DNA of 64,000 bases, from NCBI GenBank assembly GCA_965247115.1, contig CBDFGR010000003.1, positions 1,984,001-2,048,000 of the forward strand. Direction: 5' to 3'. Within the stretch, counting starts at the first letter, position 1. The number at the start of each line of letters is the position of its first letter. Positions 1-10,121 of this stretch are shown here, piece by piece. The notes below the pieces were generated by a model, which made no database searches, was not told where the DNA came from, and saw only the letters and a program-made list of their open reading frames with translations. The stretch comes from Myxococcota bacterium (lineage in GTDB: Bacteria; Myxococcota_A; UBA9160; SZUA-336). Made by a program: the position numbers and the translations under genes.

Positions 1-285
1 CACCGCAGAGAGCGACGGCGGCAGGATCGCGGCGAGCGCCTCTGCGAACTCGATGACCGGCGTCGAGAGGAAGCTGCTGTGAAGGTGGTCGAGCGCGCCG
101 ACCGCCTCGCGCACGGTGGCGACGATCTCGGGGTGCGAGTGACCGAGGATCGCGCTCATCTGACCAGAGGTGAAGTCGAGGATCGCCCGGTCGTCGCGAT
201 CGTAGAGACAGGCGCCCTCGGCGTGCTCGATCAGCAGATCGGCGAACTCGCCACCGTAGCGAAAGACGTGGTGATCAGCGGGCAC
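1..285 (-). CDS. dgdA: Class III PLP aminotransferase, 2,2-dialkylglycine decarboxylase-like (5' part; runs off the window edge)
   Basis: Manual translation: GGAGGAG RBS, then GTG 285, VPADHHVFRYGGEF...AILDFTSGQMSAILGHSHPEIV, closely resembling the DgdA N-terminus. Not in the ORF track. Confidence 0.75.
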   Translation of the reverse strand, partial: MPADHHVFRYGGEFADLLIEHAEGACLYDRDDRAILDFTSGQMSAILGHSHPEIVATVREAVGALDHLHSSFLSTPVIEFAEALAAILPPSLSAV

Positions 286-377
286 GGGCCGCTCCTCCGA
301 GCGCGCGGCGACACGCGCCCGGCCCGATTCGACGTAGAATCATCTGGCGTAGAGTAGAGAAGAGAGGAGGCACGCTG

Positions 378-2237
378 ATGAGATGGTTCGTTATGGCATC
401 GTTCGCCGTCACGGTGTTGCTGCCGGTGGTGACCTGGGGGCAAGTGACAGACTCAGCATACTACGTGATGTACGAGGAGCGGTGCGGGGTCTGTCATGGA
501 ACGACCGGTGCCGTCACCAACGCGGTCAGTCGCGAGGCCCTCCGAGCCATCTCCCCGGAACGGGTGCTCGAATCGCTGACGACCGGCGCAATGGCGGCCA
601 ATGCGAGCGGGCTCTCGGAGCAGGAAAAGCGCGGGCTGGCCGCGTGGGTGACCGGACGCCCGTTCGGACACGCGGCGGACCGCACAGCTGCGGCGATGCC
701 GAACCGCTGTGCCGCTGGCATGCCGATGGGCGATCCATCGACCGGGCCGCACTGGAACGGCATGAGCCCCGATCCCACGACGAGCGCTCGCTTTCAGCCC
801 ACCGCTGCCGCGGGGCTGACGGTGGATCAGGTGCCGCAGCTGCGGCGGAAGTGGGCGTTCGGCTTTCCGGATGGCAGCGCGGTCCGGGGCCAGCCGACGG
901 TGGCTGGAGGTCGGGTATTCGTGGGTAGCGACAACGGGGTGGTGTACGCACTGGACGCGCAGACCGGCTGTGTGCACTGGTCCTTTGACGCCGGGGAAGC
1001 CGTCGTGACGGCCGTGAGCGTGGGGAGCGTGCCCGGGTCGCAAGGCCGTCATGCCGCGTACTTTGGAGATTGGCGGGCGAACGTCCACGCCGTGGACGCC
1101 GAGACGGGCGAGTCGCTGTGGACGGTGGGCGTGGACGACCATGAGATGACGAAGATCACGGGGGCGCCGGTGCTCGATGCCCAGGGGGAACGCCTGTATG
1201 TCCCGGTCGGCTCGTGGGAGAAGGGCGCCGGCCAGATCAACCTCTCGTACGAGTGCTGCACCTCCCAGGGCAGCGTGGTGGCGCTGGAGGCCGGAACCGG
1301 GCGGCAGATCTGGAAGACCTATTCGATTCCCGAGCGTCCCAGGCCGGTCAGAAAGAACTCCGCCGGTACGCAGCTGTACGGCCCAGCGGGTGCCGGCATC
1401 TGGGTGGCGCCCACGCTCGACTACAGGCGCCGCGTACTCTACGTCGGTACTGCCAACGGCTACATCGATGTGCCGGACTCGGAGTCCAGTGACGCCATCA
1501 TTGCCTTCGACCTCGACACGGGCAAGCGGCGCTGGTCGACTCAGCTCCTAGCCAACGACATGAACTGCGCGAGTGGAGGGACGGAGACAGACATCAGGCT
1601 CAACTGCCCCGGTTTCGTATTGAATCCGAACGACGATGTGTCGGGGTCGCCTGTGCTGTACACGCTGCCGAATGGACGTCAGATTTTGATCGCGGGGCAG
1701 GAGAGCGGAAGGATCACGGCACTGGATCCCGACAAGAGCGGCGCCGTACTGTGGGTCGCGCAGGCTGGTGACGTGACTCCCCGAGACCAGGGCGGCGGCC
1801 TGGGCGCTGCGGCGGATGGAGAGCTCTACTACAGGGCCCTCGGGTTCCCCGACAAGACCGGTGCGATGGCTGCGCTCCGGCCTGCGACGGGAGAGCGGGT
1901 CTGGTACACCCCGCACGCCAAGCCGACGAGCTGCTCCGATCCCGAGGCGGACTGGTGCAGCTCGGGACTGTTCGCAGCAGCGACGGTGATCCCCGGCGCG
2001 GTGTTCGCAGGGGCGAGGGACGGCACCCTGCGTGCGTACTCGACGGGGGACGGCGAGATCCTGTGGGAGTATAGCACCATGCAGGAGTACGAGACTGTGA
2101 ACGGCGTGCGGGCCAAAGGGGGCACGATCGGTGGCCACGGGCCGGCGATCGTCGGGGGCATGCTGTTCATCGGAACCGGTTACGGCATCAGATACAGCGC
2201 CCCGGGCAACGTGCTGCTCGCGTTTGGCGTCGAGTGA
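378..2237 (+). CDS. PQQ-dependent dehydrogenase with N-terminal cytochrome c (polyvinyl-alcohol dehydrogenase-like)
   Basis: Signal peptide, CGVCH haem motif, PQQ beta-propeller Trp-docking repeats (ALDAQTGCVHW, AVDAETGESLW), ECCTSQGS motif, GGAGG RBS. Confidence 0.85.
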   Translation: MRWFVMASFAVTVLLPVVTWGQVTDSAYYVMYEERCGVCHGTTGAVTNAVSREALRAISPERVLESLTTGAMAANASGLSEQEKRGLAAWVTGRPFGHAADRTAAAMPNRCAAGMPMGDPSTGPHWNGMSPDPTTSARFQPTAAAGLTVDQVPQLRRKWAFGFPDGSAVRGQPTVAGGRVFVGSDNGVVYALDAQTGCVHWSFDAGEAVVTAVSVGSVPGSQGRHAAYFGDWRANVHAVDAETGESLWTVGVDDHEMTKITGAPVLDAQGERLYVPVGSWEKGAGQINLSYECCTSQGSVVALEAGTGRQIWKTYSIPERPRPVRKNSAGTQLYGPAGAGIWVAPTLDYRRRVLYVGTANGYIDVPDSESSDAIIAFDLDTGKRRWSTQLLANDMNCASGGTETDIRLNCPGFVLNPNDDVSGSPVLYTLPNGRQILIAGQESGRITALDPDKSGAVLWVAQAGDVTPRDQGGGLGAAADGELYYRALGFPDKTGAMAALRPATGERVWYTPHAKPTSCSDPEADWCSSGLFAAATVIPGAVFAGARDGTLRAYSTGDGEILWEYSTMQEYETVNGVRAKGGTIGGHGPAIVGGMLFIGTGYGIRYSAPGNVLLAFGVE

Positions 2238-2261
2238 CGCTTTCCGAAGCGTTGCGGACCT

Positions 2262-3584
2262 TTAGCTGGACGACGCCGCAGACTCCATCGCTCGCGGGCC
2301 GAGTTCCAGCTCTTCCAGATCCGTCTTCAGCGTGCGCGCGGCAAGAAAGTAGTGGGTAGCGCACCACAAATTCAGAAACGCCAGAAAGAACAGAGCGACC
2401 CGCAGCGACTCTTGACCGTAGTCTGCGGCAAACAAGTCGCTCAAGATCCCGACCAGCTGCGGCCCGAACCCCAGTCCGATGATGTTGAGGATGAATAGCG
2501 TGATGCTCGACGCCAATGCGCGCATCCGGACGTTGACCAGGCCTTGGACCAGCGCGAAGGTCGGCGCCAGGAAAAATCCGCCAAAAAACGCGGGAACGAG
2601 GTACAGCGCGAGGAACGTCCAGAAGTCATCGACGACGAATACGAGCGCAAGGAACGGTACGTAGCCGCCCTTGGCGGCGGCCACCAGCCAGCAGCGCCAA
2701 CGCTCGTCGCGCTTGGCCAACACGTCGACGAGCTTTCCAGCGGTAAAAGTCCCCAAGCCCCCGACGATGCCGGTCATCAAGGCGAGCGTCAGGCCGACTT
2801 CGGTCGGACTCAGTCCGTGCGATCGCATGAGGAAGGACGGCATCCACAATACGAAGCCATAGCCAACGAATCCAGCCACCGATGCGCCTGCCACCAGATG
2901 ACGAATCGACTTCACTCTCCACATCCGCGTCGCGACTGCGCTGAAAGGCGGCGCCTGGTCGTCGGATTGGCTCGCGACTTCCTCGCTCGCGCCGCGCTCA
3001 GGCTCCTGTGTCGTGAAGTACACCAGCGCTGCAATGACGAGGCCGGGCACGCCCACCGCAACGAAGGTCACGCGCCAGCCGAAGTGCTCGCTCATCCAGC
3101 CGCCGACCAAGTAGGCGATCAAAAGGCCGACGTTGACGCCCAACGCGAATACGCCCATCGCGGTGCCGCGGGTGGCAGGTTTGAACAGATCCGCGATCAC
3201 CGAATGGGAAGGTGGCGAGGAGCCCGCCTCGCCGCTCCCGACCCCGATGCGCGCGAGGGCAAGCTGGACAAACGTCTGCGCGACGCCACACAGCACCGTC
3301 ATCAGGCTCCACACCGTGGTCGCGATTGCGATGATGTTGCGGCGATTCGTTCGGTCCGCAAGCATCGCGATAGGCATGCCTAGCGTCGCGTAGAAGATCG
3401 CGAAGGTCAGGCCGATCAAGAATCCCATCTGAGTGTCGCTGGCGTCGAGCTCGAGCTTGATCGGCTCCAGCAGGATGCCCATGATCTGCCGGTCCACGTG
3501 GCTCGACGCATACACGGCGGTCAACACGCCGAGGACGTACCACTTGTACCGGGGCCTGGCGGCGATTCGATCACGAAGCGGCAT
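2262..3584 (-). CDS. MFS transporter (spinster-like)
   Basis: About 12 hydrophobic segments and MFS motif A (ADRTNRRN). Start set at ATG 3584; GTG 3623 is an alternative. Confidence 0.9.
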   Translation of the reverse strand: MPLRDRIAARPRYKWYVLGVLTAVYASSHVDRQIMGILLEPIKLELDASDTQMGFLIGLTFAIFYATLGMPIAMLADRTNRRNIIAIATTVWSLMTVLCGVAQTFVQLALARIGVGSGEAGSSPPSHSVIADLFKPATRGTAMGVFALGVNVGLLIAYLVGGWMSEHFGWRVTFVAVGVPGLVIAALVYFTTQEPERGASEEVASQSDDQAPPFSAVATRMWRVKSIRHLVAGASVAGFVGYGFVLWMPSFLMRSHGLSPTEVGLTLALMTGIVGGLGTFTAGKLVDVLAKRDERWRCWLVAAAKGGYVPFLALVFVVDDFWTFLALYLVPAFFGGFFLAPTFALVQGLVNVRMRALASSITLFILNIIGLGFGPQLVGILSDLFAADYGQESLRVALFFLAFLNLWCATHYFLAARTLKTDLEELELGPRAMESAASSS

Positions 3585-3648
3585 GGCGGCGCCACGATAC
3601 TTCAGATCCGTCCCGCGGTACACTAGCCCAACAGGAAGGGCCCGAAGA

Positions 3649-5631
3649 ATGGCGGTAGCTAGCTTTCAGATACTCTCGCGCGAGCCGTACGACGGGGGCA
3701 CCGACCTTGGTTCGGTGGGGGCGTACGAGCAGATCAACGCCGTCGTCGACTACGCAGTCGACCCGGCCCATCCGCAGAACAGCGGAATCGTCGATCTCGC
3801 CCAGGCGAAGCGCAGCGGGGACGGACTTGTTCACTTTCGCGGAGATGCCGTCCTCCTGCAGCCGGCCGACCCGTTGCGCGGACAGCGCGCGCTCCTGCTC
3901 GAGGTACCGAACCGGGGCCGACGGACAGCGACGGGCATGTTCAATCGCAGCGCCCGGGCATTCGAGCCCACTCCCGAGATCGACGCCGGGGATGGCTTCC
4001 TGTTCCGCGAAGGCTGGTCGGTCGGTTGGTGCGGTTGGCAGTGGGACGTCCCTCGCGACGCGACGCGCATGGGGCTGGACGTGCCGATCCTCGTGGACCC
4101 CGCAGGCGCTCCCGTTGCGGACTGGCTTCAACTCCGGCTTCAGCTCCACGCCCCATGCGCATCGGTCAACCTCACGGATCAGCACGTCGGCTCGCTCGGT
4201 GTGCACAAGCGGATCCCCGCGGCGGACATCGACGATCCCGAGGCGAAGCTGCTCGCCCGGGATCGCCTCTGGGACGAGCCCGTCGAGCTCGGGCGGGACC
4301 AGTGGCGCTTCGCGCGAGCGGATGGCGACACCGTAGTCGCGGATCCAGAACACGTCTGGCTCCGCGGCGGCTTCGAACCGGGCCGCATCTACGACTTGGT
4401 CTACCGCACTGGGCGTTGCCCGGTGGCGGGCGTCGGGCTCCTCGCGGTTCGCGACCTGGCGACCTTCTTTTCGAGCGACGCCGACGCGAACCCCGCGGCA
4501 GGCCGCATCGACCACGTCGTGGGAACCGGCCAGTCTCAGTGCGGCCGCTTCCTGCGCACGTTTCTGCACCTTGGGCTGAACCGCACGGAGGACGGTGGAA
4601 GAGCGTTCGATGGAATCCTCGCGCACATTGCGGGCGGGCGCCGCGGCGAGTTCAACCACCGCCTCGCACAGCCGTCCGTACAGCCAACGCCGAGCTTCGG
4701 ACACCGCTTTCCGTTTGCGGACAACGCGCAGACCGACCCGCAGTCAGGGAACACCGACGGTCTGCTCGCCCGGCTGCAGGAAGCTGGCTCCCTGCCCAAG
4801 GTGATCTACACGAACACCGCAGCGGAGTACTGGCGCGGCGACGCCTCGCTCGCGCACACCTCCGTCATCGACGGAGGCGATGTCGCGCTTCCCGACGAGA
4901 CGCGGCACTACCTGTTCGCCTCCACCCAGCACGGCCCGGGCTCCCTGCCGCTGATCGACCTCAGTCTCTTCGGCAGCCGCGGGGGCAACTGCTTCAACGT
5001 CGTCGATTACACGCCGCTCATGCGAGCGGCGCTCACGAATCTACTTCGCTGGGTCGCCGACGATACGGCGCCACCCCCGAGCGTGGTCCCTCGCGCGAGC
5101 GAGGGGACTGCGACCAGACGCGAGCAGGTGTTGGATGCCGTCTCGAAGATCCCGGGCATGGCTCGGCCGGACGGCAAGGGCCTGTGCACTCTTCGACCGA
5201 TGGACCTCGGTCCGGGCGAGGCGTCCGGGGTTGGCTCTTTCCCCGCCCGCCCCATAGGCGACGAGTACCCGTGTCGGGTCTCCGCGGTCGACGCAGACGG
5301 AAACGAGCTCGGCGGTATCCGCATGCCCGACGTCACCGTTCCCGTCGCAACCCACACCGGCTGGAACCCGCGCCACGCGAGCACCGGCGCGTCGGACCAG
5401 CTCTTGGAGTACCTGGGGTCCACAATCCCGTTCGCCGTCGATCGACAGACCCGCGAGGCCAGGGGAGACCCGCGAGCGTCGCTCGAAGAGCGCTATCGCG
5501 ACGCGCACGACTATCTGGACCAAGTTCGCGAGGCGGCAACGCAACTGGCGACACAGGGCTACCTGCTCGCTGCCGACGTCGAGCTATGCGTCCGGCTAGC
5601 CAAACACCGCTACGCCGCCTGCACCAGCTGA
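3649..5631 (+). CDS. Alpha/beta-hydrolase domain protein
   Basis: GQSQCGRFLR nucleophile-elbow motif, AEYWRGDASL and DADGNELGGIRMP motifs. Start at ATG 3649; the upstream ORF extension overlaps the MFS gene. Confidence 0.75.
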   Translation: MAVASFQILSREPYDGGTDLGSVGAYEQINAVVDYAVDPAHPQNSGIVDLAQAKRSGDGLVHFRGDAVLLQPADPLRGQRALLLEVPNRGRRTATGMFNRSARAFEPTPEIDAGDGFLFREGWSVGWCGWQWDVPRDATRMGLDVPILVDPAGAPVADWLQLRLQLHAPCASVNLTDQHVGSLGVHKRIPAADIDDPEAKLLARDRLWDEPVELGRDQWRFARADGDTVVADPEHVWLRGGFEPGRIYDLVYRTGRCPVAGVGLLAVRDLATFFSSDADANPAAGRIDHVVGTGQSQCGRFLRTFLHLGLNRTEDGGRAFDGILAHIAGGRRGEFNHRLAQPSVQPTPSFGHRFPFADNAQTDPQSGNTDGLLARLQEAGSLPKVIYTNTAAEYWRGDASLAHTSVIDGGDVALPDETRHYLFASTQHGPGSLPLIDLSLFGSRGGNCFNVVDYTPLMRAALTNLLRWVADDTAPPPSVVPRASEGTATRREQVLDAVSKIPGMARPDGKGLCTLRPMDLGPGEASGVGSFPARPIGDEYPCRVSAVDADGNELGGIRMPDVTVPVATHTGWNPRHASTGASDQLLEYLGSTIPFAVDRQTREARGDPRASLEERYRDAHDYLDQVREAATQLATQGYLLAADVELCVRLAKHRYAACTS

Positions 5632-5714
5632 GTATCTGACAGAGGCTGCCGGAGTTAGCCTGCTCGCGAAGCCCCAGGCTTTTAGCCATTGAAGCAGACA
5701 CGCCGACGCGAGAA

Positions 5715-6515
5715 TCACGGGGCGGGTCCGTGCTCCCCGCCATCCACCAAACCGAGGCCACGCCAGGCGTCGAATCCGAGCAACTGTCGGAGACGGCCAG
5801 GCTGACGGGCCTGCTCGACCACATGGTCGGCGAGGGACACGAACCAGTTTTCCTGAGTGCGAATGTAGGGCCGCGTGTAGTAGGCGAACACACCGGCTCG
5901 GGTCTGGTCCGCCGTGCAGTTGCACCCAGTGTGGTGCCACAGGCGACCGTCCATCACCGCGAGCGTGCCCGCCGGTGCGACGAGCGGCAGCGTCGCAGGC
6001 GGCGGCCCTTCGTGGTCGGTGGGGCCGTGGTCGAGGCGGTGCGACCCCGGAACGTATCGAGTGGCGCCGTTGTCAGCGGTGAAATCGTCGAGCAACCACA
6101 TGGCGTTGGCCGCCACGGGGTCGGCTGGATAGGGCGTGGGGAAGTAGCCCTGGTCGCAGTGCATCCGCATCTCGCCACCACCTGGCTCGGTGATGTTGCC
6201 ACTGATGTTCGAGAGGAGAATGGCCCGTCCGAGCAGCGCTTCGACGAGTTCGAGCGCCGTCGGGTCGATACTCAGATCGACGAACTCCTGGCCGTGGTTC
6301 AAAAGCGTCCAGATCCGCTGGTTCGTGAGATCGGCGTCGAGCCGGTACCCACGGCTATTGGACGGCGAAGCGCGGGCGACCTCGTACAGGCGCGCTCGGG
6401 TACGGTCCAAGCGGCCGGGCTCCAGGGCGCGCGCCACGAGGCACAGCCCGTGGTCGGCCAAATCGCGGCGCGCCGCGTCGAGATCCCCGGTGAGTTGCGG
6501 GCCCCCTGAACTCAT
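5715..6515 (-). CDS. Phytanoyl-CoA dioxygenase (PhyH) family Fe/2OG oxygenase
   Basis: HCD...WHH facial triad and DFTADNGATRYVPGSH. Start at ATG 6515. Confidence 0.85.
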   Translation of the reverse strand: MSSGGPQLTGDLDAARRDLADHGLCLVARALEPGRLDRTRARLYEVARASPSNSRGYRLDADLTNQRIWTLLNHGQEFVDLSIDPTALELVEALLGRAILLSNISGNITEPGGGEMRMHCDQGYFPTPYPADPVAANAMWLLDDFTADNGATRYVPGSHRLDHGPTDHEGPPPATLPLVAPAGTLAVMDGRLWHHTGCNCTADQTRAGVFAYYTRPYIRTQENWFVSLADHVVEQARQPGRLRQLLGFDAWRGLGLVDGGEHGPAP

Positions 6516-6520
6516 CAGCT

Positions 6521-7756
6521 CTAGCCAGTCTCGCGCAACGCGCTCGTCGCAACAGGATCCGCCGCCGACTGCGCGGAGGGACCGGTTTCGCGAAGAGTGG
6601 AGAAGAGCAGGACCGCGAGCAGGTAGCAGAAGGTCCAGAAGGCGAAGCCGACGATCGGCTCGACGCTGACCAGCCTCATCCCGATCACGGGCCCGATGAA
6701 GCCACCCGCAAATCCCCCGGTGATGGCGACACCCATCGCGGAGCCCGCCAGCCGCGGTCCCGGCGGATTCATCTCCAGCGGCACGATGAAGATCAGCACT
6801 ACCGCACCGCTGAAGAACCCGAAGCACGCTGCCAGCCCCATCAGGAGCGAGCCGCTGACCAGCGCGATGGAGAGAACACAAAGCCCGGCCGTCCCGATGC
6901 CCAGAATGAAGATGGGCTTGCGGCGCCCGAGGCGATCCGAGAGCAGGGGAAGCAGCAGGGAGCCGGCCATGAAGGCCCAGGAAAGGATGCTCACGAAAAG
7001 CCCCGCGCCCTCGGGCCCCATCCCGCGCACCTCATTGAGGAAGGTGACAATGTAGCCCATCACCGAGAGGTCACTCCCGATGAAGAGCATGTAGCAGCCG
7101 GCGAGGATCCAGACGCCGCGCACCTCTAGCACGCGGCGCACCCCGACGAGAAGCGGCACTGGAGCTGCGCCGCTGTGCGACGGCGAGCCGTCGCGGACCG
7201 AGAGCAGCCATAGCGTGGCAACGGCCAGAGTAGCCCAGGCGGTCGCCTCGGACAGACCGCGCCAGCCGCCGAAGAACTCGGAAAGCACGGGCGCCGCCAT
7301 GCCGACGGCCGTGAAGCCAACCCCGGCGCCCGCTGCGGCGAGTCCATTGGCGAAGCCGAGCTGCTCGGCCGGGAACCAGAGTCCGAGCGCCTTGGGAACG
7401 TTGGGAAGGATCGTCCCCAGTGCGACGCCGAAGAGCACCATCGAGCCAAACATCTCGACCAGGCCCTGCAGCTGCGCGCGCAGTAGCAGGGAGCCGGCGA
7501 CCAGCACAAGCCCTGCACCGATCACGACGCGCACACCGTAGCGATCGGCCAGCGCGCCGGCGATGATCGCGAACAGGCAAACGCCGAGAGAGATTCCCGC
7601 CCAGAGCAATCCCCAATCCGCGATCTCCAGGGACAGATCTCCGAGGATCTCGGGAACCAGCATGATCACGTAGTTCCAGGCGAAGCCAACGACCAGAACG
7701 TTGACGAGAATCACAGTCGCGAGGATCCACCAGCGATAGCTGGAGCCCGTGTTCAC
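6521..7756 (-). CDS. MFS transporter
   Basis: Multi-TM protein with GALADRYGVR and LSDRLGRRK motifs; GAAGGAGG RBS upstream. Confidence 0.85.
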   Translation of the reverse strand: MNTGSSYRWWILATVILVNVLVVGFAWNYVIMLVPEILGDLSLEIADWGLLWAGISLGVCLFAIIAGALADRYGVRVVIGAGLVLVAGSLLLRAQLQGLVEMFGSMVLFGVALGTILPNVPKALGLWFPAEQLGFANGLAAAGAGVGFTAVGMAAPVLSEFFGGWRGLSEATAWATLAVATLWLLSVRDGSPSHSGAAPVPLLVGVRRVLEVRGVWILAGCYMLFIGSDLSVMGYIVTFLNEVRGMGPEGAGLFVSILSWAFMAGSLLLPLLSDRLGRRKPIFILGIGTAGLCVLSIALVSGSLLMGLAACFGFFSGAVVLIFIVPLEMNPPGPRLAGSAMGVAITGGFAGGFIGPVIGMRLVSVEPIVGFAFWTFCYLLAVLLFSTLRETGPSAQSAADPVATSALRETG

Positions 7757-7814
7757 TCAGTCACACCTCCTTCGAGAGTGTACTCCGAGTCCTCTCGAGG
7801 GGAGAGTGGTCGAG

Positions 7815-8273
7815 CTAGAGCCCGCCCTGCGCGTTGCTTTCGAGCACGCCGGACACCTGGAGTTGAGCGATCAGTCTGCGGCGCGTTTCCGTCACGTTCG
7901 TCAGAGGCTCCGCCCGAAGCGCAGCGACCTCGCGGGCCGTGTACGGCACGAAGGGCCGCGGAAGCTCGGCGCGGCTGAAGGTGAGGAGCGTCCAGTTCAG
8001 GACGGCGGCCAGGCGCTCATCACCCAGCGGGGCCATGGCCACGCCCGGCACGCGCGCCAGAAACTCCCGCCCCTCCTCCAGGTGGAGGAAGTATCCCGTG
8101 AAGCCTGCCAGCGCCGGCACCGCGCCGGGCACGCCCCTCCCATCGACGAGATGACAACCCTGGCAGGAGCGCGCGTAATCCTCCGCGGCCAGCCTGAGCT
8201 CTGCATCTCCTGCGCTCGCGGAGTGGACCATTCCCGCGGCGAGCAGCAGCGCCACGACCCAGATCCATCCCAC
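7815..8273 (-). CDS. Periplasmic monohaem cytochrome c, probable electron acceptor of the amine dehydrogenase
   Basis: Signal peptide, CQGCH, distal Met (VPGVAM); directly downstream of mauA. Start codon uncertain. Confidence 0.75.
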   Translation of the reverse strand: MGWIWVVALLLAAGMVHSASAGDAELRLAAEDYARSCQGCHLVDGRGVPGAVPALAGFTGYFLHLEEGREFLARVPGVAMAPLGDERLAAVLNWTLLTFSRAELPRPFVPYTAREVAALRAEPLTNVTETRRRLIAQLQVSGVLESNAQGGL

Positions 8274-8278
8274 GCGGG

Positions 8279-8800
8279 TCAGCTCACGCGGCGGACGATG
8301 GCGGCGCTCGAGCAATGATACACCATGCTCGGGGCGCCGAAGCACCACAAGATGTCGTTGTTCAGGGCCGGCCGATAGACCGGCATCTCGCCCTCTGTGT
8401 TGAGGCAGGAGCAGCGGCCGCAGCTGCCCTTCCCGCAGCAGTCTCGATAGGCAAGCAGATAGGTTTGGCCGTCGTCCGGATTGATGCAGCTGCCGACCCA
8501 GGCTGTCGGAGAAGGGGTGCTGCCCGGCGGACACACGTTCGGACCCCCGCCGCAGCAGCTGCACATGTAGCCGTCGATGGCGCAGTAGCGCCAGTAGTTG
8601 CACTGGGTCGGATCGTTGGTCTGGGCACTGGCGGCGAAGAGCTCCTTCGAGCCCCGGCGATCGAACGGCAGCAGGGGAAGCAGCGCTCCCCCCACAAGCA
8701 CCATTCCCACCCGAGTGAGGAAGTGCCGCCGGGAAGTGCCCCGCGCGAAGCGTCGGCTGACTCGCTCGACCGAGCGATCGATCCAGGTGCTGGGCTTCAT
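8279..8800 (-). CDS. mauA: TTQ amine dehydrogenase small (light) subunit, MauA/AauA family
   Basis: Tat motif SRRHFL, Cys-rich core CNYWRYCAIDG..CSCCGG, both TTQ tryptophans (AWVGSC, DILWCFG). Confidence 0.93.
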   Translation of the reverse strand: MKPSTWIDRSVERVSRRFARGTSRRHFLTRVGMVLVGGALLPLLPFDRRGSKELFAASAQTNDPTQCNYWRYCAIDGYMCSCCGGGPNVCPPGSTPSPTAWVGSCINPDDGQTYLLAYRDCCGKGSCGRCSCLNTEGEMPVYRPALNNDILWCFGAPSMVYHCSSAAIVRRVS

Positions 8801-8824
8801 GATCGCGTGCCTCCTCGGCGTGGC

Positions 8825-10009
8825 TCACTCGCCGTACACGTGGAGCACGAGCGGCGAAGACCCGAGCTCGTCGACCGACCCGAGCTGTCGTCCCGAACCC
8901 ACGTCGTAGATCGCAAGCGTCGCCGACTCCGAGAGTGCGTAGAGCTGCGGACTCTCGTCCTGACTGACGGCGATCGAGACGGACGGATGCTCGAGCGAAA
9001 TGCGGGCGATGCGCTTGCGCTTCTCGATGTCGAACACCCACACCTCCGTGCCCGCCTGCTTGTGGGTCCACTCAGGTCCCCGGTGCATCAGCACAAAGAG
9101 CCGGCCTCGGGGGCCGTGCCAGGCCACCGGCTGCCATCCGCCCGGACGCCAACCCTCCTCCCGATCCGGCTCCCCCACAGACGACCAGGGCCCCTCGAAG
9201 CTGGGCTCTGGTGCCGCGAGGTCCGCGCGGTAGACCTTTCCGCCGTAGGAGACGAAGTAGGCCCGCGCCCGCCGCGTGAGGAACGCGGGATGCTCGAACA
9301 CGGGATCCTGCTGGGCGTCGAAGAAGCTCTGGCTGAGGACGCTCTCGGCCTTCCCCTCCTCATCGAAGCTCACCGTCCGGAGCGATCCGTTGGCGCAGAT
9401 CATCGAGAAGCGGCGCGGCGCGGATGGGAACACGAGCGCGCATCCCGGCGTCTCCACGTCGGCCAGGTACGTGCGGCTCTTCACGTCGATGATGCTCACG
9501 GTGGTAGCCGGCGCCATGTTGAAGGACAGGAAGTACCTGCCGTCAGGCGTCACGCCGGCGTTGTGCTTCTTGCTCACGACCAGGAAGCGGCCGTTGGGAA
9601 GGACCACCTCCCCGGTCGGATCGAGGGTGCGAGCGTCGAAGAAGCTCACCACGTCGGTTCGCTCGCCACGCGTCCCACGCGACCAGAAGGTCTCGGCGAT
9701 GTAGAGCTCACTGTGATCTGGAGCCAGTACGAAGTTCGGCACGTAGCCGGCGTTCAGCATCCCGATCACCGCGCGTCGGTCCCCGTCGATGATGTAGGTC
9801 TTCGCGGCGATGAGATGGGGAAAGACCGGGTCGACCACGTAGACGCGGTGCGCACCTGCGGGCTCCAGGGTGGCCGTCGTGTGCGCCTCGGCCAGCTGGG
9901 GCTCAGCCTCCTCCGGAAGCTGTGCCGCCGCCGGGAGCGCCAGCCCGACCAGCAGAGCGCCGGCCAGCGCGACGCCCCGGAGGTTCCTTGAGCTCTTATA
10001 CCTCGGCAT
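8825..10009 (-). CDS. mauB: TTQ amine dehydrogenase large (heavy) subunit, MauB/AauB family
   Basis: Signal peptide, ETFWSRGTRGERTDVV, NMAPATTV, WRPGGWQ and THKQAGTEVW motifs. Confidence 0.9.
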   Translation of the reverse strand: MPRYKSSRNLRGVALAGALLVGLALPAAAQLPEEAEPQLAEAHTTATLEPAGAHRVYVVDPVFPHLIAAKTYIIDGDRRAVIGMLNAGYVPNFVLAPDHSELYIAETFWSRGTRGERTDVVSFFDARTLDPTGEVVLPNGRFLVVSKKHNAGVTPDGRYFLSFNMAPATTVSIIDVKSRTYLADVETPGCALVFPSAPRRFSMICANGSLRTVSFDEEGKAESVLSQSFFDAQQDPVFEHPAFLTRRARAYFVSYGGKVYRADLAAPEPSFEGPWSSVGEPDREEGWRPGGWQPVAWHGPRGRLFVLMHRGPEWTHKQAGTEVWVFDIEKRKRIARISLEHPSVSIAVSQDESPQLYALSESATLAIYDVGSGRQLGSVDELGSSPLVLHVYGE

Positions 10010-10121
10010 CCGACAGCTTGTTGCCAGGGTTCTGAAAGGGCGGCGCGAATCCCACGCGCATGGGGTCCTCCAGCTGGATATTGCTCAGCCTATCACGCTG
10101 AATCGGGGTACAGTGCTGGTC

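Noticed and set aside
8315..9991. Long opposite-strand or alternate-frame ORFs (e.g. 8315-9991, 4026-5639, 28845-30299, 33041-34639, 39270-40775, 58950-60161)
   Set aside because: Shadows of well-supported genes, expected in high-GC DNA; no recognisable motifs.
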